From NCBI GenBank assembly GCA_018702955.1, contig JABJEK010000022.1, forward strand, positions 21,789-85,788: a stretch of 64,000 nucleotides of DNA, in the 5' to 3' direction. A model generated the notes under the pieces. It was not told the origin of the DNA and searched no databases. It was given only the letters and a program-made list of their open reading frames with translations. Numbering within the stretch: position 1 is the first letter of the stretch; each line of letters starts with the position of its first letter. The translations under genes were made by a program, and so were the position numbers. The stretch is from Rhodospirillaceae bacterium (GTDB lineage: Bacteria; Pseudomonadota; Alphaproteobacteria; UBA6615). This document shows, piece by piece, positions 9,404 through 17,912 of the stretch.

Positions 9404-9599
9404 GATTACCCCCAAAAATTCAGGATCAGCGAACAGCGTGACCTCTGCTTCAAATAGATACTGCCGAGAAATTCTGGGCGGTATTTTGATGTATGTCTAG
9501 TTGACGGGCGAATTCTCGCCATGCCGGATAAACTGGAATTCGCCGACGCCAAGTCAAGATGGGTGTGTCGCGGGCGGGCGGTGCGGCAGAACCGGCGCC

Positions 9600-10961
9600 C
9601 TATTCGCCGCCGCCGGCCACGGTCAGGCCGTCGATACGCACGGTGGGACTGTTGGTGCCGAAGCGGAATTCGAGATCATTCGCCCGCGACATCCCCGCGT
9701 ACATCTGGTTCAGGTTCCCCGCGATCGTCAGCTCCGTCACGGGGAAGCTGATCTCGCCATTCTCGATCCAGAATCCCGATGCCCCGCGGCTGTAGTCGCC
9801 GGTCACACCGTTCACGCCCATGCCCATCAATGATGTGATGTAGAGCCCGGCATCGATGTCGGCCATCAGTTCGGCTGGGGACAGACCTCCCGGCGTCAGA
9901 TAAAGGTTCGACGGGCCCGGCGAGGGCGGGCCCGATGTACCGCGACTGGCATGACCTGTGGTCTCGAGGCCGAGTTGCTTGGCCGAAGCAAGGTCCAGCA
10001 GCCAGGTCGTCAGGACACCGTCCTTGACGATCGATTGCCTCGAATTTGCGATGCCTTCGGCATCGAAAGGTTTGGAGCGCATGCCTCGTGGGCGGTGCGG
10101 GTCGTCGATGATCTCGATATCGGTGGCGAAGATCTGCTCGCCGAGCCGATCCTTGAGGAAGCTGGTGCCGCGGGCGATAGACGGGCCTGTGATGGCGCCC
10201 ATGAGATGCCCGAGCAGGCCGCCGGCAACACGCGGGTCGAAGACAACCGGCACCTGTGCGGTCGGCATGCGGCGCGCGCCAAGCCGTGCGGCGGCCTTCT
10301 CGCCGGCGCGCCGGCCCACATCGGCCGGGTCCTCGAGGTCGCTCATATGAACTGCGTGGGCGAAGTCATACTCGGATTCCATGCCCGCGCCTTCGCCGGC
10401 AATGACCGAGACGCCGACGCCGGAATCGGTCCGGGCGTAGTCGCCGGCAAACCCGTTGCTCGCCGCGAGACACACGCCGGTGCGGCTCCAGCTTGCTTGT
10501 GCGCCTTCCGAATTCGTGATGCCGTCGACCGCACGAGCGGCGTCCTCGCACGCGCGCGCCATTTCCACGAGGGTTTCGCTGCCGGGCTCTTCCGTGTCGA
10601 CCATGTCGAGATCGGGAATGTCGGTGGCGAGCTGGTCGGGGTCGGCCAACCCGCACCACGGGTCATCCGGCACGGCCGCGGCCATGTCGAGAGCGCGTCC
10701 GACCAGCTCCGACAAGGCGTCCTTGGAGAAATCCGTCGACGATACGATCGCCTGCTTCTGGCCGCGAAAAACACGCAAACCCAGATCGAAACTCTCCTGG
10801 CGTTCGAGTTGTTCAATTTCACCCAGCCGCTGGGCGTGTGAAATCGACGTCGAACGAATGAGCACGGCGTCCGCCGCATCGGCCCCGCGCTTTTGGGCTT
10901 CGCTGATCAGGTCGGCCAGGCGGTCGCGGTCTTCTACGGACATGGAATCGGTGTCGGACAT
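9600..10961 (-). CDS. pmbA: TldE/PmbA metalloprotease subunit
   Basis: RGTSFLKDRLG, PFDAEG, TTGHASRG, GVNGVTGDYSRGASGFWIENGE, TIAGNL. Confidence 0.95.
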   Translation of the reverse strand: MSDTDSMSVEDRDRLADLISEAQKRGADAADAVLIRSTSISHAQRLGEIEQLERQESFDLGLRVFRGQKQAIVSSTDFSKDALSELVGRALDMAAAVPDDPWCGLADPDQLATDIPDLDMVDTEEPGSETLVEMARACEDAARAVDGITNSEGAQASWSRTGVCLAASNGFAGDYARTDSGVGVSVIAGEGAGMESEYDFAHAVHMSDLEDPADVGRRAGEKAAARLGARRMPTAQVPVVFDPRVAGGLLGHLMGAITGPSIARGTSFLKDRLGEQIFATDIEIIDDPHRPRGMRSKPFDAEGIANSRQSIVKDGVLTTWLLDLASAKQLGLETTGHASRGTSGPPSPGPSNLYLTPGGLSPAELMADIDAGLYITSLMGMGVNGVTGDYSRGASGFWIENGEISFPVTELTIAGNLNQMYAGMSRANDLEFRFGTNSPTVRIDGLTVAGGGE

Positions 10962-11012
10962 GAGATTGTTCGCGCCGCCGCGCGCCCTTTGTGTGTGTTG
11001 GAAAATTTCGGG

Positions 11013-11429
11013 TTACAGGGTTCCGGGAGCGAAAAACTCGACGATCCCGATGACGGATGCAAGACCGAGTGTCGCCCAGTTGATCACGATCCCGGTGGCC
11101 CGGTTGAACGATTCGGCATTCCCCATGAGCCCGAGGGCGTGCAGGACCCGGGCGATGATGAGCATCGCCCCCAGAACAGCAATAATAACCGGCGAGACGC
11201 CCATCATTTCGATGAGCCCCAGCAGGATCAGCGTTCCCGGCACCCATTCCGTGAAGTTGGCGTGGGCGCGAATACGCCGCGCCATGCGGTCGTCGCTGGC
11301 ATCGCCCCACATGATCTTGTGTTGAAACCGGTACTTGGTGACGCTGACACCCAGGGCGAGTTTCATTAGCCCCAGCAACGCGGCAACCAGCATCGTGTTG
11401 ACGGGGGCGACGGCCACAATCGCTTCCAT
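11013..11429 (-). CDS. MAPEG family membrane protein, copy B (intact)
   Basis: 138 aa with four hydrophobic segments; RAHANFTEWVP, ARVLHA; about 62% identical to copy A by hand alignment. Confidence 0.9.
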   Translation of the reverse strand: MEAIVAVAPVNTMLVAALLGLMKLALGVSVTKYRFQHKIMWGDASDDRMARRIRAHANFTEWVPGTLILLGLIEMMGVSPVIIAVLGAMLIIARVLHALGLMGNAESFNRATGIVINWATLGLASVIGIVEFFAPGTL

Positions 11430-11471
11430 GATTTTGTCCTCTTGTCAGAACGGCTGCCGGGCGGGGCAGCG

Positions 11472-12986
11472 CTATTTCCAGATCGGCTTGCCCGACCCGG
11501 GCAGTCCCAAATCGTCCCACATCGCGGAGACTTTATCGACGACTTCGTCATCCATGCGGATCTCGCGTCCCCATTCGCGGTCGGTCTCGGGCGGAATTTT
11601 GTTGGTCGCGTCGAGGCCGATCTTGCTGCCGAGACTGGCCGACGGTGACGCGAAATCGAGATAGTCGATCGGCGTGTTCTCGATAACGGTGATGTCCCGC
11701 GCGGGGTCCATGCGGGTCGAGATCGCCCACATCACATCCTTCCAGTCGCGCGCATCGATGTCGTCGTCCACGACGATCACCCATTTCGTGTACATGAACT
11801 GGCGCAGATACGACCACACGCCCATCATCACCCGCTTGGCGTGGCCCGGATAGGCCTTCTTCATGGACACAACGGCGATCCGGTAGGAGCAGCCCTCGGG
11901 TGGTAGCCAGAAGTCGGTGATCTCCGGAAAGGCCTGTTGCAGAAGCGGCACGAACACGTCGTTCAGGGCCTCACCGAGCACCGACGGTTCGTCGGGTGGC
12001 CTGCCGGTGAACGTCGAGAGATACATCGGGTCGCGGCGCATGGTGATGGCGCTGACATGGAAGACCGGGAACTGTTCGACGGAGTTGTAGTAGCCGGTAT
12101 GGTCGCCGTACGGGCCTTCGTCGCCATACTCGTCGAGGGAGACATGGCCCTCGATGACGATCTCGGCCGACGCGGGCACCTTGAGCGGGACGGTCTTGCA
12201 GTCCACCAGTTCCAGACGTTTGCCCCGCAGCAATCCCGCGAACTGGTATTCCGACAGATTGTCCGGCACCGGGGTGACGGCGGCGATGATGGTGCCCGGA
12301 TCGGCACCGATGACCGCCGCGGCCGGGAACGGCTCGGGCCGGTCGGCCTTCCAGCGGGCATGATGTTGTGCCCCGCCGCGATGCTTGAGCCAGCGCATAT
12401 AAGTGGATTTGGGGCCGGTCACCTGCATCCGATAGATGCCCAGATTGAACGCGTCCTCGCGCTTGCCGTCGGGGTCGGGACCCTGGGTGACGATCAGCGG
12501 CCAGGTGATCAGGGGGGCCGGTTCGCCGGGCCAGCAGGTCTGGATCGGCAGTTTGCCCAGATCGATATCGTCGCCGGTCCACACCACCTCATGGACCGGT
12601 CCCGACGAGACGGTCTTGGGCCGCATCGACATCACGGTGCGCAGGATCGGCAGCTTGTCCCAGGCGTCCCGCAGGCCGCCGGGTGGTTCGGGTTGGCGCA
12701 GAAACGCAAGTGTCTCGCCGATTTCGCGCAACTGGTCGGGTTCGCGGTCCATGCCCCAGGCGACCCGTTCGACGGTCCCGAACAGATTGGCGAGCACCGG
12801 GATCGGGCTGGGCGTGCCATCGTCTGCGATGACGTTCTCGAACAGCACCGCCGGTCCGCCTTCGGCGAGAAGGCGGGTCTGGATCTCGGTCATCTCGAGG
12901 TTCGCGGCGACCGGATGGCTCACCCGGACGAGGCGGCCCTCGCGTTCCAGGCGATCGACGAATTCACGTAGGCTGGCATATGGCAT
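11472..12986 (-). CDS. ubiD: UbiD family prFMN-dependent decarboxylase (3-polyprenyl-4-hydroxybenzoate decarboxylase)
   Basis: [57 protein letters not shown]. Start MPYASLREF at 12986. Confidence 0.95.
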   Translation of the reverse strand: MPYASLREFVDRLEREGRLVRVSHPVAANLEMTEIQTRLLAEGGPAVLFENVIADDGTPSPIPVLANLFGTVERVAWGMDREPDQLREIGETLAFLRQPEPPGGLRDAWDKLPILRTVMSMRPKTVSSGPVHEVVWTGDDIDLGKLPIQTCWPGEPAPLITWPLIVTQGPDPDGKREDAFNLGIYRMQVTGPKSTYMRWLKHRGGAQHHARWKADRPEPFPAAAVIGADPGTIIAAVTPVPDNLSEYQFAGLLRGKRLELVDCKTVPLKVPASAEIVIEGHVSLDEYGDEGPYGDHTGYYNSVEQFPVFHVSAITMRRDPMYLSTFTGRPPDEPSVLGEALNDVFVPLLQQAFPEITDFWLPPEGCSYRIAVVSMKKAYPGHAKRVMMGVWSYLRQFMYTKWVIVVDDDIDARDWKDVMWAISTRMDPARDITVIENTPIDYLDFASPSASLGSKIGLDATNKIPPETDREWGREIRMDDEVVDKVSAMWDDLGLPGSGKPIWK

Positions 12987-13084
12987 GACGCTCGACTTAG
13001 ACCGGTCCCGCGCGCGCGCGTCAAGAACCAGCTTTTTTCGCAAGCGTGCTTGCGGGTCATCTCGCGGCACAGGACAATACGCCC

Positions 13085-13807
13085 ATGACGACTGACCCCT
13101 TCGAGACCGATCCCGTGCTGATCCGCGCGGTCGGCTATCCGTATGACATCACCGCGCAGTCGTTCACCTTCATCGATGGTGAAGCCGCGCCGTTCGATGC
13201 CGCGCACACCGCCGGTCGCCGCCCGGTGATCGGTTACGGGTCGAACCAGTCCCCGCTTCGGCTGCGCCAGAAATATGGTACCGATCATGCGCCCATTCCT
13301 GTGCAGCGCGCCTGGCTGGACGATCACGACGTCGTCTTTTCCGCGCATTTCTCCAGCTACGGATCCTTGCCGGCGGCACTGCGTCACGTGCCCGGTACCC
13401 GCGTGGCGGTGGCGGTGAACTGGTTGAGTGATGCCGAGCTGGCGGTCATGCACCCGACCGAGATCGACAGTTATAATTTCGCCAGGCTCGAAGGCCTGAC
13501 CTTGGCGCTGGACGGTGGCGACGTCATCGATGCCGCCTGGGCATACCTCAGCTTTCGCGGCCATGTCGGCGATGATGCGCAGCCCTTTGCGTTGGCGGAA
13601 ATCGCAACCGAGGGCCGGCAACTGACCGCACTTTCGCAACGCGAAGCGCTGACCCTGATGCGGGACAGAATCGCACCCGGTGAGGATCTGGCCGCGTTCG
13701 TGCGTGCGCATATCGACGATTCGGAAGTTCGTGACGCGCGGGTCGGGCAGCTGCAAGCGGCGGCGCATCCGGTGGCCCATGCGTCACATAAAGTTGAGGC
13801 GGTCTGA
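13085..13807 (+). CDS. Hypothetical protein, possible gamma-glutamylcyclotransferase-like fold
   Basis: Coding-like ORF divergent from ubiD; VIGYGSN motif and a downstream W..L..M..TE segment. The fold call is inference. Confidence 0.6.
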   Translation: MTTDPFETDPVLIRAVGYPYDITAQSFTFIDGEAAPFDAAHTAGRRPVIGYGSNQSPLRLRQKYGTDHAPIPVQRAWLDDHDVVFSAHFSSYGSLPAALRHVPGTRVAVAVNWLSDAELAVMHPTEIDSYNFARLEGLTLALDGGDVIDAAWAYLSFRGHVGDDAQPFALAEIATEGRQLTALSQREALTLMRDRIAPGEDLAAFVRAHIDDSEVRDARVGQLQAAAHPVAHASHKVEAV

Positions 13808-13843
13808 ACCTGCACTTCCGTTTGCATGTCACAGGGATCCGTT

Positions 13844-13863
13844 ATAATTAACCATTAAGTTAA
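13844..13863. promoter_or_regulatory. Candidate CtrA site upstream of the VOC gene
   Basis: ATAA-N7-TTAA (13844-13858) overlapping the TTAACCAT 8-mer (13848-13855), plus a further TTAA at 13860, in an AT-rich patch. Confidence 0.45.
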
Positions 13864-13879
13864 ATATATGGAGGCCGAC

Positions 13880-14266
13880 ATGGCAGAACACGGCAAGTTT
13901 TACTGGAATGAACTCTCGACCACGGACATCGAGGCGGCGAAGACGTTTTACGCTGAGCTGGCGGGATGGAGTTTCAACGAAATGCCCATGGATAATGGCG
14001 ACACCTATTATGTCGGCATGCTCGGCGACGTGCCCGCGGGCGGGATTATGGGCATGCCCGAGGGGGCGCCGGCCGGCACGCCGCCTTATTGGCGGGCGTA
14101 TATCTCGGTCGATGATATCGATTTAACTATGGCGCAGGCCAAGGCGGGTGGCGCCGAGGTGCTTATGGAGGCGTTCGACGTTCCCGGCGTTGGCCGCATC
14201 GGCACGATGCGTGATCCGCAAGGGGCCGAGATTTCGTTCATGACGGCGGCTGCGCAGGACGCGTGA
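13880..14266 (+). CDS. VOC (glyoxalase/bleomycin resistance-like) family protein
   Basis: FYWNELSTTDIEAAKTFY..L.GW, W..YISVDDID, DVPGVGRI...DPQGA; RBS GGAGG before ATG 13880. Confidence 0.9.
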   Translation: MAEHGKFYWNELSTTDIEAAKTFYAELAGWSFNEMPMDNGDTYYVGMLGDVPAGGIMGMPEGAPAGTPPYWRAYISVDDIDLTMAQAKAGGAEVLMEAFDVPGVGRIGTMRDPQGAEISFMTAAAQDA

Positions 14267-15193
14267 TCAGCTCACCAACCGGCCGGCGATGGCGGCGGCG
14301 AAAATGATCAGTCCGAAATCCCGGTTGGCGCGGAACTTTGCCAGGCAGTCCTTCGCATCGTCGAAATCGATCGTGAGGGCCTGCCAGGCGAGGTGTGCGG
14401 CACCGAGCGCCAGCCCGACCCAGAACGGCCAACTGAGCGCCTCTATCCATCCGGTCACGGCCAGCAGGGCGATGCTCACGGCGTAGAAGCCCGCGACCCA
14501 TGGTCGTGAGATCGCACCGAACAGACGCGCGGTCGATTTGATGCCGACCAGCGCGTCATCTTCCTTATCCTGATGGGCGTAGATCGTGTCGTAGCCCAGC
14601 GTCCAGAAGAACCCGGCGGCATAGAGCACGAACGCGGCGGGATCGAGGTCTCCGCGTACCACGGCCCAGCCCAGCAGCGCGCCCCAGTTGAAGGTCAGCC
14701 CCAGCCAGGCCTGGGGCCACCAGGTGATGCGCTTCATCAGCGGATAGGGCACGACGAGCGCCAGGCTGAGCGCGCCGATGGCGATCGCGAACGCGTTGAA
14801 CTGCACCAGGATCGCGAAGCTGACCGCGAGCAGGAGGGCAAGGAATGCCAGCGCGGCCCGGACACTCACCGCGCCGCTGGCCAGGGGCCGGTCTGCAGTT
14901 CGCGCGACACGCGCGTCGAAATCACGGTCGAAGAAATCGTTGATAACGCAGCCCGCACCCCGCATCAGGACCGCGCCGACACCGAACAAGGCGACCCAAT
15001 ACAGGTTCGGCCAGCTGCCCGGTTCTGCGGGGATCGCGAGCGCCCACCAGCCCGGCAGCAGCAACAACCAGGTGCCGATCGGCCGGTCGAGACGCATCAG
15101 CCGCGCATAGGGCCGCGTGCCTGCGGGCGCATAGCGATCGAGCCAGTTGCCGCGCGGGATGTCACTGGCGTTATGATGGGGTGCGTCGTGCAT
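14267..15193 (-). CDS. ubiA: 4-hydroxybenzoate polyprenyltransferase
   Basis: RLDRPIGTWLLLLP, INDFFDRDFDARVARTADRPL, YPLMKR, YDTIYAHQDKEDD. Confidence 0.97.
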   Translation of the reverse strand: MHDAPHHNASDIPRGNWLDRYAPAGTRPYARLMRLDRPIGTWLLLLPGWWALAIPAEPGSWPNLYWVALFGVGAVLMRGAGCVINDFFDRDFDARVARTADRPLASGAVSVRAALAFLALLLAVSFAILVQFNAFAIAIGALSLALVVPYPLMKRITWWPQAWLGLTFNWGALLGWAVVRGDLDPAAFVLYAAGFFWTLGYDTIYAHQDKEDDALVGIKSTARLFGAISRPWVAGFYAVSIALLAVTGWIEALSWPFWVGLALGAAHLAWQALTIDFDDAKDCLAKFRANRDFGLIIFAAAIAGRLVS

Positions 15194-15244
15194 GGCGCAT
15201 TGTTAGCCCAGACGGGGCCGCGTCCCCAATCCCGGATTTACCCG

Positions 15245-16012
15245 ATGTCCGATAACCCGGCAGATTTCACCCGTATTCGTCTGTTCGTCGAGGACGATCT
15301 CGCAACCGGTGCTGGTTTCACACTGGGCCGGGACCAAAGCCATTACCTGCAGAATGTGATGCGCCGGGGCGTGGGCGACCGCGTCGCCATTTTCAACGGC
15401 CGGGACGGTGAGTTCTGGGCAGAACTAACGGATGCTCGTCGCGGTGCCGTCGGTTTGTCTCTCGGCGAACAATTTCGCGCGCAGGCACCCGAACCCGACC
15501 TCTGGCTGGTTTTTGCGCCGATCAAGCGCACGGCTGTTAATTTTATGGTGACCAAGGCGACCGAGCTGGGGGTGTCGCGGATCGTGCCCGTGATCACGGC
15601 CCGGACCAACTCCGAGCGCGTCAACACGCGCCGCCTGCGCGCCAATGCCATTGAGGCGGCCGAGCAATCCGAGCGCCTGAGCGTGCCGGAGGTCGACGAG
15701 CCGGTCAGGTTTCCGGCATTCCTTGAGCGCTGGTCGGGCACGCGGCGGCTGCTGGTAGGTGACGAGACCGGCGCCGGGAGACCGATCGCGGATATCGCCG
15801 CCGAGATGGCCCAGACCCCGGTACCACTTGCCGTCATGACGGGACCGGAGGGCGGCTTTGCGCCGGACGAGCTTGACCAATTGCGCGATGTACCCTTTGT
15901 TACGCCTGTCGGGTTGGGGCCGCGAGTGTTGCGCGCCGACACGGCCGCGTTGGCGGCCCTTGCCGTTGTTCAAGCCGTTGCCGGGGACTGGCGTTCCGGG
16001 CGCATGGGTTAA
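15245..16012 (+). CDS. rsmE: 16S rRNA m3U1498 methyltransferase
   Basis: HYLQNVMR, KATELGV, EAAEQSER, GPEGGF, LGPRVLRADTA. True start MSDNPADF at 15245 lies inside the longer track ORF. Confidence 0.95.
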   Translation: MSDNPADFTRIRLFVEDDLATGAGFTLGRDQSHYLQNVMRRGVGDRVAIFNGRDGEFWAELTDARRGAVGLSLGEQFRAQAPEPDLWLVFAPIKRTAVNFMVTKATELGVSRIVPVITARTNSERVNTRRLRANAIEAAEQSERLSVPEVDEPVRFPAFLERWSGTRRLLVGDETGAGRPIADIAAEMAQTPVPLAVMTGPEGGFAPDELDQLRDVPFVTPVGLGPRVLRADTAALAALAVVQAVAGDWRSGRMG

Positions 16013-16037
16013 CCGGAACCAGTCGGGAATTTAAAGC

Positions 16038-17405
16038 ATGGCAGCACCGTCTTCGGGTGGCGGCCCGGTCATCGAATCGAAAGATCAGCTCATCGCGTGG
16101 TTCGCCGAAGGCGAGAAACCGCGCGAGGCGTGGCGAATCGGGACCGAGCACGAGAAATTTGCATTCCGGCAATCGGATCACGCCCCGTTGTCTTACGACG
16201 GCAGCCCGGGGATCCGCGACCTTCTGGAGGGTTTGCAGCGGTTCGGCTGGGAGCCGGTCTATGAGGGCGAGAATGTCATCGCGTTGACGGGTGACAGCGG
16301 CGCCAATATCTCGCTTGAGCCGGGCGGGCAGTTCGAGCTCTCGGGCGCACCGCTCGAGAATTTACACCAGACCTGCGACGAGGTGCACGAGCATCTGAAG
16401 CAGCTGCGCGAGGTCAATCGCGAACTCGGCGTTGCCATGCTGGGTATCGGGTACCATCCGTTCTTGAAGCGCGAGGACGCGCCCTGGATGCCGAAGGGTC
16501 GCTACAAGGTCATGCGCGAATACATGCCCAAGGTCGGATCCATGGGTCTCGATATGATGCTGCGCACCTGTACCGTTCAGGTGAATCTGGATTTCGACAG
16601 CGAGGCCGACATGGCGCGCAAGATGCGTGTCGGCATGGCGCTGCAGCCGATTGCCACGGCCATGTTCGCGAATTCACCGTTCAAGGAAGGCAAGCGCACG
16701 GATTATGTCAGCCTGCGCAGCCATGTCTGGACCGACACCGACAATGACCGGTCGGGCATCCTGCCGTTCGTCTTCGACGATGATTTCGGCTACGAGCAAT
16801 ATGTCGACTATGTGCTCGATACCCCGATGTATTTCGTCTACCGGGACGGCGCCTATATCGACGCCTCGGGCCAGTCCTTCCGGGATTTCATGGCCGGTAA
16901 CCTGGCGGCTCTGCCGGGTGAACGGGCGACCATGGGAGACTGGGTCGATCACACGACGACCCTGTTTCCCGAAGTTCGTCTGAAACAGTTCCTTGAGATG
17001 CGCGGCGCAGACGGTGGCCCGTGGCGGCGCGTGTGCGCCCTGCCGGCATTCTGGGTCGGCCTGTTGTATGACGCCGCCGCGCTCAACGCAGCCTCGGACA
17101 TGATCGCCGACTGGACGGCCCATGAGGTCGTGGAGCTACGCAACAATGTGCCCGCGCAGGGCCTTGCGACACCTTTCCGCAATCGGTCCATGCTCGAACT
17201 TGCCCGCGAGGCGTTGGAGATATCGCGCATGGGCCTGCGCAATCGGGCGTGCGTCGATTTCTGGGGCCAGGATGAGACCCATTTCCTGGCGACCCTCGAA
17301 CAGATCGTCGACAGCGGTCTCACGCCGGCGGAGAACAAGCTCGCCGCGTTCGAGGGGCGCTGGGACCATGACGTGAACCGGGCGTTCGAGGAGTACGCCT
17401 GGTAG
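16038..17405 (+). CDS. gshA: Glutamate-cysteine ligase (plant/alphaproteobacterial type)
   Basis: [58 protein letters not shown]. Confidence 0.95.
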   Translation: MAAPSSGGGPVIESKDQLIAWFAEGEKPREAWRIGTEHEKFAFRQSDHAPLSYDGSPGIRDLLEGLQRFGWEPVYEGENVIALTGDSGANISLEPGGQFELSGAPLENLHQTCDEVHEHLKQLREVNRELGVAMLGIGYHPFLKREDAPWMPKGRYKVMREYMPKVGSMGLDMMLRTCTVQVNLDFDSEADMARKMRVGMALQPIATAMFANSPFKEGKRTDYVSLRSHVWTDTDNDRSGILPFVFDDDFGYEQYVDYVLDTPMYFVYRDGAYIDASGQSFRDFMAGNLAALPGERATMGDWVDHTTTLFPEVRLKQFLEMRGADGGPWRRVCALPAFWVGLLYDAAALNAASDMIADWTAHEVVELRNNVPAQGLATPFRNRSMLELAREALEISRMGLRNRACVDFWGQDETHFLATLEQIVDSGLTPAENKLAAFEGRWDHDVNRAFEEYAW

Positions 17406-17430
17406 GGATCAACTGAAAGAGGGGAAGATC

Positions 17431-17676
17431 ATGGAGCCGCACGCCGGAGACGTGTTCGTTAGTTTTTTTCCATTTCTGATCATCTTTGTCGGATTGGCGA
17501 TCGGGAACTATTTCATCGCTGGCCGAATGGGGCGGAACAAGATTCTTTGGGTCGTACTCACGCTCATTCCGATCGTGAACTTTGTGTTCATGTATTACGT
17601 GATCTACGCGGTGATCCTTTACGTCCTCGACAAGCTGAATGCCGTCACGGACCGGGCAAGCCAGGGTTCGGCATAG
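17431..17676 (+). CDS. Small membrane protein (81 aa), tandem paralog 1
   Basis: RBS GAGGGG; hydrophobic; core AIGNYFIA..M.R.K.LW..LTLIP.VNF shared with the next ORF. Confidence 0.8.
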   Translation: MEPHAGDVFVSFFPFLIIFVGLAIGNYFIAGRMGRNKILWVVLTLIPIVNFVFMYYVIYAVILYVLDKLNAVTDRASQGSA

Positions 17677-17912
17677 TGGGAACGTTCAGCATTTGGCATT
17701 GGCTGATCGTCGTCTTCATGTTCGCACCCTTTGCAATTGGCAACTACTTCATTGCGGATCGGATGGAGCGAAGCAAAGTTCTCTGGGTGATCCTCACGCT
17801 GATCCCGTTCGTGAACTTTATCTTCATGTACTACGTGATGTTTGCGGTCGTGATTTACATACTCGGCAAGTTGAACCAGCTCACTGAGCAGCCGGAAGCG
17901 TCGTTGCCCTAG
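17676..17912 (+). CDS. Small membrane protein (78 aa), tandem paralog 2 with TatA-like N-terminus
   Basis: GTG start overlaps the upstream TAG (TAGTG). Reads MGTFSIWHWLIVV... and is 35/48 identical to paralog 1 over the core. Confidence 0.8.
   Translation: MGTFSIWHWLIVVFMFAPFAIGNYFIADRMERSKVLWVILTLIPFVNFIFMYYVMFAVVIYILGKLNQLTEQPEASLP

Noticed and set aside
14573..15244. Apparent 224-aa N-terminal extension on RsmE
   Set aside because: Antisense to ubiA; the real start is ATG 15245. Similar false extensions affect ubiD, tldD, coxB, dsbD, prx and gcvT.
17676..17912. Calling the second small protein tatA
   Set aside because: Only the first dozen residues match; no FG hinge or amphipathic helix, and no tatB/tatC nearby.
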